Assembly: GCA_964618115.1 (NCBI GenBank) | Contig: CAZTZI010000206.1 | Span: forward strand, 5,779-69,778 | Reading direction: 5' to 3' | Origin: an uncultured Acidimicrobiales bacterium | Lineage (GTDB): Bacteria; Actinomycetota; Acidimicrobiia; Acidimicrobiales; CATQHL01 | Length of the DNA: 64,000 nucleotides | In this document: positions 35,168 to 44,779 of the stretch, in pieces | Position numbering within the stretch: the stretch's first letter is position 1 | Layout of the letters: each line of letters begins with the position of its first letter | Program-made: the position numbers and the translations under genes | The notes under the pieces: model-generated | The model's input: only the letters and a program-made list of their open reading frames with translations | The model's database searches: none | What the model was told of the DNA's origin: nothing

Positions 35168-36060
35168 ACCCGCCACCGGAGACCCCCAACCAGGACGCGC
35201 CCCAATTGGTGCTGCCGCGACACGCGGAAGGCTTTGGGATGCGGCTGCGACGGAAGCTGAACCCCCCGCTGCTGTGGGGCGCGTTCATCATCTTCGTACT
35301 GGCGCTGGGCGCCTACGTGGTCCCGGCGATCTGGCAGTTCGGTGCGGAGATCGCCAACCCGCGTGAGGCGCTGTCGCCGCCCAGCGCCCGGCACCCCTTC
35401 GGCACCGACCGCTCCGGGTTCGACATCTTCGTGCGGGTGTTCCATGCCCCGCGGATCGATCTGACGATCGTGGTGCTGGGCGTCGGCCTCGGAGCGCTGA
35501 TCGGCATCGTGCTCGGGGTCGCCGCGGGATTCTCCCGGCGCCTCATGGGTGAGTTCTCGATGAGGCTCGCCGACATCGTGCAGGCCTTCCCGCTGCTCAT
35601 CCTGGCCATCGCCCTCGTCTCGCTGGGGGGCAACAGCCTGACGAACGTGGTGTTCGTCCTGGCCTTCGTGAACGCTCCGGTCTTTCTGCGGCTGATCCGG
35701 AGCCGTGTGCTGACAGTCCGCGAGCAGCGCTTCATCCAGGCGTCGGTCGCCCTCGGGAACTCGACCTCGCGACTCGTCTTCCGTCATGTGCTGCCGAACT
35801 CGCTCGGTCCGGCAGTCGTGCAGTTCGGCATCTCGATGGGTTACGGGATCCTGACGCTCGCCGGTCTGGCCTACCTCGGCGTCGGCGTTCAGGTGCCGAC
35901 GCCCGAATGGGGATCGATGATCCTCGGCGGTGCGAGCTACATCACGACCGGGCAGTGGTGGATCTCGATCTTCCCGGGGATCTTCCTGGCGATCGCGGTG
36001 TTCGCCTTCAACCTCCTGAGTGAGGGAATCGAGCAGGCTCGGGAGGTGCATCTCCGATGA
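35164..36060 (+). CDS. Peptide/nickel ABC permease (DppC/OppC-like)
   Basis: HPFGTD, AFPLLILAI, RHVLPN, PEWGSMI and WWISIFPG. Confidence 0.92.
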   Translation: MNPPPETPNQDAPQLVLPRHAEGFGMRLRRKLNPPLLWGAFIIFVLALGAYVVPAIWQFGAEIANPREALSPPSARHPFGTDRSGFDIFVRVFHAPRIDLTIVVLGVGLGALIGIVLGVAAGFSRRLMGEFSMRLADIVQAFPLLILAIALVSLGGNSLTNVVFVLAFVNAPVFLRLIRSRVLTVREQRFIQASVALGNSTSRLVFRHVLPNSLGPAVVQFGISMGYGILTLAGLAYLGVGVQVPTPEWGSMILGGASYITTGQWWISIFPGIFLAIAVFAFNLLSEGIEQAREVHLR

Positions 36061-36881
36061 CACAGCCCGCTCTGGTGGTCGAGGATCTCAGCGTCGAGAT
36101 CGCAGGGCGCGACGGGGTCACGCCGGTGCTGAGCAGTGTCCACCTCACCCTGGCGCGAGGCGAGATGCACGGCCTCGTGGGAGAGACCGGGTCGGGCAAA
36201 TCCATGACGGCTCGCTCGATAGTCAGGCTCCTGCCGCCCGGCGGTCGGGTCACCTCGGGCTCGGTGACGCTCGGCGACCGCCGGTTGCTCGGGCTGGACC
36301 CCGGGGAGATGCGGGAAGTTCGCGGGGCGTCGATCGGCATGGTGTTCCAGAACCCGCGCACCGCCCTGTACCCGATGACCACTGTCGCGAGCCAGATGGC
36401 AAACGTTCTGAAGGCCCACATGGATCTGGACCGCGCCGGACGCGCCAACCGGATCCGGGAGCACCTCCGGTTGGTGGGCATCGACGACGTCGACCGGGTT
36501 GCGCACTCGTATCCCCACGAGTTGAGCGGCGGGCTGGCGCAGCGAGCTGTGATCGCCACGGCGCTGCTGTGCGATCCCGAGGTGCTGATCGCCGACGAGC
36601 CCACGACCGGACTCGACGCCACGATCCAGCGCCAGATTCTGGAGTTGATCGCCTTCCTGCAGGAGCGGCTGTCTCTTTCGGTCCTGATCATCACCCACGA
36701 TCTGGGCATCATCGCCCAGTACTGCGACACCGTGTCGGTCATGCACGACGGGCGCGTGGTGGAGGACGGGCCCATGCGGCGCGTTCTGCTCTCGCCGGAA
36801 CACGACTACACGGCGCGCCTCATCGCCGCCTCCGACCTGCGCCGGCTCTACGAGCAGAGGCTGGGAGGCAGGGACCGATGA
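36057..36881 (+). CDS. Peptide ABC ATPase (DppD-like)
   Basis: GETGSGKS, YPHELSGGLAQR, IADEPTTGLD and ITHDLG. Confidence 0.92.
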   Translation: MTQPALVVEDLSVEIAGRDGVTPVLSSVHLTLARGEMHGLVGETGSGKSMTARSIVRLLPPGGRVTSGSVTLGDRRLLGLDPGEMREVRGASIGMVFQNPRTALYPMTTVASQMANVLKAHMDLDRAGRANRIREHLRLVGIDDVDRVAHSYPHELSGGLAQRAVIATALLCDPEVLIADEPTTGLDATIQRQILELIAFLQERLSLSVLIITHDLGIIAQYCDTVSVMHDGRVVEDGPMRRVLLSPEHDYTARLIAASDLRRLYEQRLGGRDR

Positions 36882-37894
36882 GTGACGCATCGACCGGAGC
36901 CGCCGGCGGCGGCTCCGTCGCCATCTCCGTCGAGGGCCTGAACAAGACGTTCCCCACCAGACGCGGCGTGCCGGATGTCGTGGCCGTCGAGGACGTCTCC
37001 TTCACCGTCTCCTACGGGCGCACGCTCGGCATCGTGGGCGAGAGCGGATCGGGCAAGTCCACCGTCGCCCGCTGCATCCTGGGGCTGACACCGGTCGATT
37101 CCGGCACCGTCAAGGTCCTCGGCCGATCCATCGTGGGAGCCCCGGCCCGCTCGCTGCGAACCTGGCGCAGCGAGATGCAGATCGTCTTCCAGGAGCCGTA
37201 CGAGTCGCTGGACCCCCGCTACCGGGTCTGGGAGTCCGTCGCCGAACCGCTGCTCCTGCACACCGAACTCCGGGGGGCTGAACTGTCCAAGGAGGTGCAC
37301 GAACTCCTGGAGCACGTCGCCCTCACCCCCGACCTGGCGGGCCGCTACCCGCACGAACTGTCCGGCGGGCAGCAGCAGCGCGTCAATATCGCCCGAGCCC
37401 TGGCTACGTCTCCCCGGGTGCTGGTGCTCGATGAACCCACCGCCTCGCTGGATGTCTCGGTTCAGGAAGGGGTGCTGCAGTTGCTGTTGAACCTGCAGCA
37501 GGAACTCAACCTCACCTACGTCCTGATCTCGCACGACTTGAAGGCGATCCGGGCCGTGTGCGAGCGCGTGGCGGTCATGTACCTGGGGCGTCTCGTGGAG
37601 ATCGGCCCGACCGACGAGGTCCTCTCGAATCCGAAGCATCCCTACACCGAGTTCCTCATCGGCGCCGAACTGTCGGTCGACCCCGATGTGGCTCCCGCGG
37701 CGCGCGTCGTCCGGGGCGAGGTGAGCAACACCGAACGACCCGGCGGTTGTGTCTTCACAACGCGCTGCCCGTTGGTCACGAGCGCATGTCACGAGGCACA
37801 ACCCGCCCTGGTGGAGGCGAGTCCCGACCACGCCGCCGCCTGCATCCTCGTCAACCGCGAGAGCACCGGACCGGGACTCTCCGAGTCAACGTGA
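36878..37894 (+). CDS. Peptide ABC ATPase (DppF-like)
   Basis: GESGSGKST, YPHELSGGQQQR, HPYT and C-terminal GCVFTTRCP...C...C. Confidence 0.92.
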   Translation: MSDASTGAAGGGSVAISVEGLNKTFPTRRGVPDVVAVEDVSFTVSYGRTLGIVGESGSGKSTVARCILGLTPVDSGTVKVLGRSIVGAPARSLRTWRSEMQIVFQEPYESLDPRYRVWESVAEPLLLHTELRGAELSKEVHELLEHVALTPDLAGRYPHELSGGQQQRVNIARALATSPRVLVLDEPTASLDVSVQEGVLQLLLNLQQELNLTYVLISHDLKAIRAVCERVAVMYLGRLVEIGPTDEVLSNPKHPYTEFLIGAELSVDPDVAPAARVVRGEVSNTERPGGCVFTTRCPLVTSACHEAQPALVEASPDHAAACILVNRESTGPGLSEST

Positions 37895-38111
37895 GCGCAT
37901 AGGGGCGGGCGCAAAGACACACGGCGAACGAGGAGAGCGCGGCGAGCCGTCGCAAATTGCTCCTCGTTGCGGAACCCGGCAGCCCGCGGCCCGTTGCCCG
38001 GCCGGAATCGGGCGACTACCCTGCCCGCGTCATCTTCGGACCTCCGGCCACCGGAGCCTCGACCGGGCTCGAAGGCCAGCTGTTCAGGGCAGAACCACTG
38101 GGGAGTGAACC

Positions 38112-40154
38112 ATGCACCAGTACTCCGGAACGTCGAGCACGCCTCGGCACCATCGAGCCTCGCGAAGGGCGCGGTGGATAGCGGCCCTCAGCGCACTGGC
38201 GCTGCTGACGGCAGCCTGTGCCGCGGACGACGGCGCCATGGACACCGCCAACTCGGCCCAGAGCGAAGCTCAGGCCGCGCAGTCCGAGGCCAGCGTGGCG
38301 CTCGCCGACGCACAGGCGGCTTCCGCCCAGGCGGAAGCGGCGCTCGCCGCAGCGGAAGAGGCCCAGGCAGCCGCCAACCTGGCGCAGGCCACCGCCGAAG
38401 GCAATCAGGCGGCCGTTGAGGAGGCCGAGCAGGCACTCGCCGCGGCCCAGGCCGCGGCCGACGACGCGCGCTCACAGGCAGCCGCCGCTCAGAGCGAGGC
38501 CGACGCGGCGCGGACCGCCGCAGCGGAGGCCCAGGCAGAAGCCGAAGCGGCAGCCGAACGCGAGGCAGCGGCGCCGGCCCCGGCGCCGGAACCGCCCGCG
38601 GCGGCACCCGAGCCCCCGCCCCCGGCGCCGGCCGCCCCGGCAGTGCCCGACGAGGTCGTGCTGGCTCTCGCCGGACCGGTGCTCGCCATCAACCCCGACG
38701 GTCCCGGGCAGAACAACCTCCCGTCGGTGGGCATCTTCTTCGCCACCTACGACAGCCTCACGAACTGGGAGATCTCCAGCGACCGTGACGAGTTGTACGC
38801 CAGCCTCGCCGACGGCAACGCCGGTCAGGCGAAGCCGGAGCTCGCCGAGAGCTGGGAGATCTCCGACGACGGCAGCACCTACACCTTCCACCTGCGCCAG
38901 GGCGTGATGAGCGACTTCGGCAACGAGATGACCGCCGAGGACGTGCGGTGGTCCCTCGAGAAGACGATGTCGACGTTCACCACGGGGTCCTTCTGGGTCT
39001 CCCTCGGTGGCCTCGTGAGCATCGATCAGGTCGAGGTCGTCGATGACTACACGATCCGCATCAACGGCGCCTTCGGCGACAAGCTGCTTCCCTCGCTGGG
39101 CTCGGGATGGCTGGTCGTCTACGACTCGACCGAGGTCAAGAAGTACGCCACCGACGAGGATCCGTACGCCAACGAGTGGCTCAACCAGAACACGGCCGGA
39201 TTCGGCCCCTACCGGGTCGTGGATTTCGGACCCGGCGGCGACGAGGTGACCCTCGAGGCGCGTGAGAACTACTGGGGACCCCAGCCGGCCCTCAAGCGGG
39301 TCATCCAGCGCAGCGTCCCCGATGCCAACTCGCGGCTGCAGCTCCTGCTCAGCGGCGACGTGGCGTTCGCCGCCGAGTTGACGACGCTCGGCGTCGAGCA
39401 GGCGAAGGCAACCGACGGGGTGGCCGTCACCCGCATCCCGACGACGACGGGCGCCTTCCTGGCCCTGACCTACGAGCCGCCGTTCGACGATCCCGCCGTG
39501 CGTGCGGCGATCGCCCAGGCGATCCCCTACCAGGACATCATCGACGTGGTGTTCCAGGGCGACGCCGTGCTGTGGGATTCGATCCTGATCCCACCGGTTC
39601 CGGGCTACACCAACGAATTCTTCCGGGGCTACGACGTCGAAGCAGCCGGGGCGGTGCTCTCGGGCATCGACGCGCCGCTCACCCTGGCGTATGCGGACGG
39701 CCTGCCGCTGGACGAGGAGATCGCCATCCTGGTGCAGAACTCGTTCCGCGAGGCGGGCTTCGACCTCAACATCGAGAAGCAGCCGCGAGCCACCTTCGAC
39801 GGGCGCAAGTACGGCAGGACCGGCGAGTTGCAGTTCTTCGTGGACGTGATCGACACGCCGGGCTACTACGACGCCAACTACTACGGCTTCATCTACGCCG
39901 GTGTCGGCGGGTTCCTGAACTGGTTCGGTTACGAGAACGAGGCGCTGAACGCGGCCCTCGCGGCCATGGCCGACCCCGCCACGGCGGACGAGGCCATCCG
40001 GGAGACCCAGCGGATCTTCGCCGAGGACTACCCGATCCATCCGATCGCCTGGACGGGCCTCGACTACGCCCACGCCGACTACATCGCCCTGCCTCGCGCC
40101 ATCACCGGCAACGGCCTCGTGCGGATGCAGGACTTCGTGGCGGCGGGCGGCTAG
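38112..40154 (+). CDS. ABC substrate-binding lipoprotein (family 5) with Ala-rich coiled-coil stalk
   Basis: Lipobox LTAAC; PELAESWEISDDGSTYTFHLRQGV, TAEDVRWS, GFGPY and PFDDPAVRAAIA. Confidence 0.92.
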   Translation: MHQYSGTSSTPRHHRASRRARWIAALSALALLTAACAADDGAMDTANSAQSEAQAAQSEASVALADAQAASAQAEAALAAAEEAQAAANLAQATAEGNQAAVEEAEQALAAAQAAADDARSQAAAAQSEADAARTAAAEAQAEAEAAAEREAAAPAPAPEPPAAAPEPPPPAPAAPAVPDEVVLALAGPVLAINPDGPGQNNLPSVGIFFATYDSLTNWEISSDRDELYASLADGNAGQAKPELAESWEISDDGSTYTFHLRQGVMSDFGNEMTAEDVRWSLEKTMSTFTTGSFWVSLGGLVSIDQVEVVDDYTIRINGAFGDKLLPSLGSGWLVVYDSTEVKKYATDEDPYANEWLNQNTAGFGPYRVVDFGPGGDEVTLEARENYWGPQPALKRVIQRSVPDANSRLQLLLSGDVAFAAELTTLGVEQAKATDGVAVTRIPTTTGAFLALTYEPPFDDPAVRAAIAQAIPYQDIIDVVFQGDAVLWDSILIPPVPGYTNEFFRGYDVEAAGAVLSGIDAPLTLAYADGLPLDEEIAILVQNSFREAGFDLNIEKQPRATFDGRKYGRTGELQFFVDVIDTPGYYDANYYGFIYAGVGGFLNWFGYENEALNAALAAMADPATADEAIRETQRIFAEDYPIHPIAWTGLDYAHADYIALPRAITGNGLVRMQDFVAAGG

Positions 40155-40192
40155 GCGAGAGAGCCGAGCCACGCCACCCGTAGGAGGACGAG

Positions 40193-41320
40193 ATGCCTGA
40201 GCTGCCTGCTCCGACACAGGAGCAGGCAGCTCACTTCGACTACCTCGAGGGCCTGCGGGGGTACAACTACACCGTGCATGTCAAGGGCGCCCTCGATGCC
40301 TACGCGCACGAGGCGGCCGCAGCCCGAGCCGAGCCGGCCACAATGGACGAGGCGGCTTCGATCATCGCGCCGAGCGCCCTCTACCAATTCGCCGCCGCCA
40401 CGCAGCACCAGGCCCAGAAGATGGGCTGGGCCGCGGCACGGCACTCGCTCGAGGGTCACGCGGACCGTCTCGCGGGGCTCCTCGAGGAGTTGCCCGCCGA
40501 ACCCGTCGGCCGCCTGGCGCTCGATCCCACCCTGGAGTTGCCCGAGTACTACACCGCTCGCGACAGCGAGGGTCTCGACGACATCCACCTGGTGCCCGGC
40601 GGGTACTGGGGCGACCCGCTCGTCGGCCCCGTCTACGAGAGGGGCGGGGCGCTGTACCGCATGGCGTGGCGCACGGGCTACACGGGCAGCCCTCCGGGCG
40701 CGCTCGTGGCATTCGCCAGCGGGGCGCCACCGGGCGAGTACCGGCGGATCCTCGACCTGGGCTGCTCCTTCGGCGGGCTCACGATGGCTCTTCGCCAGGC
40801 CTACCCCGATGCAGCCGAAGTGGTCGGTATCGACATCTCGGCGGCCGCACTGCGCTGGGCACACCTCACGGCAGAAGAACGCGGGCTCCCCATCTCCTTC
40901 GAGCAGCGTGACGCAACCGCCACCGGCTACCCGGACGGGAGTTTCGACCTCATCGCCGGATTCCTCCTCCTGCACGAGTTGAGCGCGGAGGTGCTCGACG
41001 AGGTCATGGCCGAGGCCTACCGGCTGCTGCGTCCCGGCGGGCACATCCGCTTCCTGGACATGCCTCCCTACGCCGAGTTGCCCCCGGAAAGGGCCTTCCT
41101 CCAGTCGTTCGACCGCGAGGGGAACGGCGAGGCGTTCTGGGACGAGTTCCTGTCGCGGGACTTCAAGGCACTGCTGCGCGAGATCGGCTTCGTGAACGTC
41201 GGCGACGGCCCGCTGGACCATGACGAACCGAACTACTGGGGCACGGCCGCGCTCCTTCGCACCGGGGAGTTCCGGCTGGAGAATCGCTGGGTGAACGAGG
41301 CCGACAAGCCCGACGCCTGA
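40193..41320 (+). CDS. Class I SAM-dependent methyltransferase
   Basis: RILDLGCSFG, GIDIS, DGSFDLI, LLHE and RLLRPGG. Confidence 0.88.
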   Translation: MPELPAPTQEQAAHFDYLEGLRGYNYTVHVKGALDAYAHEAAAARAEPATMDEAASIIAPSALYQFAAATQHQAQKMGWAAARHSLEGHADRLAGLLEELPAEPVGRLALDPTLELPEYYTARDSEGLDDIHLVPGGYWGDPLVGPVYERGGALYRMAWRTGYTGSPPGALVAFASGAPPGEYRRILDLGCSFGGLTMALRQAYPDAAEVVGIDISAAALRWAHLTAEERGLPISFEQRDATATGYPDGSFDLIAGFLLLHELSAEVLDEVMAEAYRLLRPGGHIRFLDMPPYAELPPERAFLQSFDREGNGEAFWDEFLSRDFKALLREIGFVNVGDGPLDHDEPNYWGTAALLRTGEFRLENRWVNEADKPDA

Positions 41321-41327
41321 GATTTCC

Positions 41328-41648
41328 TTGCCGCCGCCACCGGATCCCTCGCCGACTGCACCGGAGGCTGCATCCGGTTCGCCGACTCGGGCGTATCACG
41401 CCTTTGCCGATCCCGTCCACGATCGGTTGCTCGGGATCATCCTGGCTCTGGGAGCAGAGGTGTGGAACCTCCGCGAGCGACTCGGCCTCCTGGAAGGCGC
41501 GCTGGCCCACCGCGGGGTTGACGTCACCGACCTCATCGAAGAGCTGGCGCTGGATCCGGAGCGGGAACCATCGATGATCGCCGACAGGGACGCGTTCCTG
41601 GCGCGTTTCCTGCGCGCCATCAGCGCCGACGGAGCAGGGAGCGAGTGA
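41328..41648 (+). CDS. Small hypothetical helical protein
   Basis: DRLLGIILALGAEVWNLRERL...LE pattern; fills the gap and couples to the next gene; start uncertain. Confidence 0.65.
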   Translation: MPPPPDPSPTAPEAASGSPTRAYHAFADPVHDRLLGIILALGAEVWNLRERLGLLEGALAHRGVDVTDLIEELALDPEREPSMIADRDAFLARFLRAISADGAGSE

Positions 41649-42568
41649 GCCCCGGCCCTGACCGCGGCGTCGCACAGTTCTTCCGGATCGACGACGTCCC
41701 GCCGGCACCACTCTCCGAGCCCGCACTGCTGCGCGGCTGCTCCGGGCGCCTGCTGTCACACAACCCCCACACAGGGCAACGGACCGTCGTGGCGGAGATC
41801 CCCGCCGGCTGGTCGGCGCCCGTCGGCGGGGACGGGGGAACGCTGGAACTCCTGATCCTCGAGGGCTCGCTGACAGTTGACGGCGTGCAGTTGGGTGCGG
41901 GGGGTTTCGTGGCCGTGCCCACCGCTTGTGCCCCCCTAGTGGTGGCAACTCAGGGAGCAACCCGGGGCATCGTGATCTGGAGCCCCCACTTCGACCCTGG
42001 GGACTATTACGACGCGGCTCCGCTCGTCGTGCGGTCGGTGGACCTGCCGTGGGAACCCACGGTGTTCCCCGCCGAACTCCAGGCACCGGGCCGCCTCCAC
42101 GGCGTCTGGTCGAAGTCGTTGCGCCTCCCCGACCCTGTTCACGGCGACATCCATGGCGGGCCGAAGGGCTTGCTCCGCATCGTCGTCCTCGTGGCGGGAT
42201 TCGTGGGCGATCACCGCCAGGAGTCCCACCCGGGATGCTGGGAGGAGATCATCTGGCTGTCGGGCGACTTCTTCATGCCCGGCACGGGCCGGCAGGCGGC
42301 CGGCAGCTACGTCGGCAACCCGTCACATCACCGCCACGGCCCGCTGCTGACCCAGCGAGGGTGCATCCTGCTGGTCCACACCGATGCCCCGGCGGATTTC
42401 TGCTTCCACGATCCGCCCATCCCGGCGGCTCTGATCTCGGCGTACATGGACGGGGTCTCGTGGCTGGATACCCCTGTTCACCTGCGGGTTCCGGCCGCGC
42501 CACCATGGGGTTCGGACACCCGCTCGGCGGCTCGCGTGGCCGGATTGACCCCGGGGCACGCGTGCTAG
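41645..42568 (+). CDS. Tandem cupin (DUF4437/ChrR-like) protein
   Basis: ELLILEG in domain 1; ESH...WEEIIWLSG...GSY...HGP in domain 2. Confidence 0.72.
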   Translation: MSPGPDRGVAQFFRIDDVPPAPLSEPALLRGCSGRLLSHNPHTGQRTVVAEIPAGWSAPVGGDGGTLELLILEGSLTVDGVQLGAGGFVAVPTACAPLVVATQGATRGIVIWSPHFDPGDYYDAAPLVVRSVDLPWEPTVFPAELQAPGRLHGVWSKSLRLPDPVHGDIHGGPKGLLRIVVLVAGFVGDHRQESHPGCWEEIIWLSGDFFMPGTGRQAAGSYVGNPSHHRHGPLLTQRGCILLVHTDAPADFCFHDPPIPAALISAYMDGVSWLDTPVHLRVPAAPPWGSDTRSAARVAGLTPGHAC

Positions 42569-42655
42569 GCTCCCCCGGCGCATCGTGGTCCGGATGAGCA
42601 CACGGTTCGAATCGTCAACGTCAGGCGCCGGACAGAGGTCAAGGAGTACGTAGTC

Positions 42656-44707
42656 ATGGCAGACGTATGGGTGGGAGTCGACACCGGCGGTACGTTCACC
42701 GACCTGCTGGCCTTCAACGAGGACGGTCAGCTCTACGCGGCCAAGACGCCGTCGACGCCCGAGGACGACACCAAGGCGTTCCTGACGGGGCTCGCCTCCC
42801 TGCAATCCTCGGCGGAATTCGAACCGGGTGACGTCGTCGGGCTGCACTACGGCACGACGGTCGCCCTCAACGCGGTCCTCCAGAAGCGCTGGCCGTCGCT
42901 GGGACTGATCGTCACCGACGGCTACCGGGAGATGATCGAGATCGCCCGGCAGACGGTGCCCGGCGACTGGGGAGCCATCTACACCTGGGTCAAGCCGCCC
43001 CGAGTCGTGCCCCTGGAGAACGTGCGGCAGGTGCGCGGGCGCATCACCCATACCGGCGAGGTGCTCGAGGAGATGAGCACCGACGACGTGCGCTCGGCCG
43101 CGGGGTTCTTCAAGCAGAAGGGCATCAACGCGGTCGCCCTGTGCTTCATGCACAGCTACCTGGATCCCTCCCACGAGCAGCGGGCGCGCGAGGTATTCCG
43201 CGAGATCCACCCGGACTGCTTCCTGACGATCTCCTCCGACGTCCTCCCGGAGTTCCGCGAGTACGAGAGGGCCATGACGACGTGCCTGAACGCCGCGCTC
43301 ATGCCGCTGGTCACCGACTACCTGGACAACCTCGACAGCAGCCTCAAGGCAGCTGGCTATTCCGCCCCGCTGCTGCTGATGCGTTCCTCGGGGGGTCTCT
43401 CCCAGAGCGACCGGGTGGTGGAGCAGCCGGCCACCATCGCCTATTCGGGGCCCAGCGCCGGAGTGCTGGGCATGGCCTGGTTGGCCAACCAGATCGGCGA
43501 GGACAAGGTACTCACCTACGACATGGGGGGAACCTCCACCGACGTGGCGCTCGTCGAGGACGGGCGGCCGCTGCTGACCACCGAGGGGCTGCTGGACATC
43601 TACCCGATGGGCATGCCGTCGATCGACATCGTGTCCATCGGTGCGGGCGGCGGGTCGATCGCCTCGCTGGGCACCGGCGACCGCCTCCGGGTCGGCCCCG
43701 AGAGCGCCGGCGCCGACCCCGGGCCGGTGTGCTACGGCAAGGGCGGGACCAACCCCACGGTGACCGACGCCAACCTCGTCCTCGGGCGCATCCCCGACTA
43801 CCTGCTCGGCGGGGACATGCCGTTGAACGCCGAGGCGGCGCGTGACGTGGTCGGCACCATGGGAGGGAAGCTCGGCCTCGGCCCCGAGGAGTTCGCCTAC
43901 GGCATCCTGCAGCTTGCCGCCGCCCGCATGTCCGCCGCTGTCCGCCAAGTCTCGATCGCCCGCGGCCGCGACCCGCGTGAGTACGCTCTCTTCGCCTTCG
44001 GCGGGGCCGGTCCGCTGCACGCCGCCGAGTTGGCCGACCAGCTGGGCATCCGCAGGATCGTGATTCCCCCGCGCCCCGGTCTCGGCTCCTGCCTGGGCCT
44101 GCTGGCGGCCGACATCCAGGCGAGCGCCGTGCAGACCGTCAACTCGCGCGCCGAGAACATCGCGCCCGAGCGGATCGGGACGACGTTCGCCGAACTCGAG
44201 GCGAAGGTGGTCGCCGACATTCAAGGTCAGGGCATCGCCACCCCCTCCACGGAGCGATTCGCCGACCTCTGCTACGTGGGCATGGCCACGGAGTTGACCG
44301 TGCCTGTTCCGGACGGGCCGGTCTCCGCCACCGGTCTGGACGCCGCCACCGAGGCATTCCACGCCGAGCACCGGCGCACATACGGCTACCACTACGCCGG
44401 CGAGCAACCCGTGGAGTTCGTGAACCTGCGCGTCCGGGGAACCGGCCCGCTGCCCCGCATCGAGTTGGCCGAGACGACACCCCGGGAGGGTTCGGTGGAC
44501 GACGCCGTCCTCGGGGACCGCGAGGTGTACTACGGACCCCGGCACGGGCAGCAACGGACCCGCCTCTACGACCGGGACCGGCTGGCCGTCGGTCACGAGG
44601 TGGCGGGCCCGGCGATCATCGTGGAGTACGACTCCACCGTGCTGGTGCCGCCGGGAGCCAACACCCGCGTCGACGCCCTCGGCAACCTGCTCATTCACCT
44701 GCCCTGA
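42656..44707 (+). CDS. Hydantoinase A/oxoprolinase family protein
   Basis: GVDTGGTFTD, SGPSAG, DMGGTSTD, GAGGGSI, GPESAGADPGP and AFGGAGPLH. Confidence 0.95.
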   Translation: MADVWVGVDTGGTFTDLLAFNEDGQLYAAKTPSTPEDDTKAFLTGLASLQSSAEFEPGDVVGLHYGTTVALNAVLQKRWPSLGLIVTDGYREMIEIARQTVPGDWGAIYTWVKPPRVVPLENVRQVRGRITHTGEVLEEMSTDDVRSAAGFFKQKGINAVALCFMHSYLDPSHEQRAREVFREIHPDCFLTISSDVLPEFREYERAMTTCLNAALMPLVTDYLDNLDSSLKAAGYSAPLLLMRSSGGLSQSDRVVEQPATIAYSGPSAGVLGMAWLANQIGEDKVLTYDMGGTSTDVALVEDGRPLLTTEGLLDIYPMGMPSIDIVSIGAGGGSIASLGTGDRLRVGPESAGADPGPVCYGKGGTNPTVTDANLVLGRIPDYLLGGDMPLNAEAARDVVGTMGGKLGLGPEEFAYGILQLAAARMSAAVRQVSIARGRDPREYALFAFGGAGPLHAAELADQLGIRRIVIPPRPGLGSCLGLLAADIQASAVQTVNSRAENIAPERIGTTFAELEAKVVADIQGQGIATPSTERFADLCYVGMATELTVPVPDGPVSATGLDAATEAFHAEHRRTYGYHYAGEQPVEFVNLRVRGTGPLPRIELAETTPREGSVDDAVLGDREVYYGPRHGQQRTRLYDRDRLAVGHEVAGPAIIVEYDSTVLVPPGANTRVDALGNLLIHLP

Positions 44708-44779
44708 TCGGCCACCTGGCCTGCCATTGGCCACCGACCACCCGACGACGACCCGACGACGACCCAAAGGAGCCGACAC

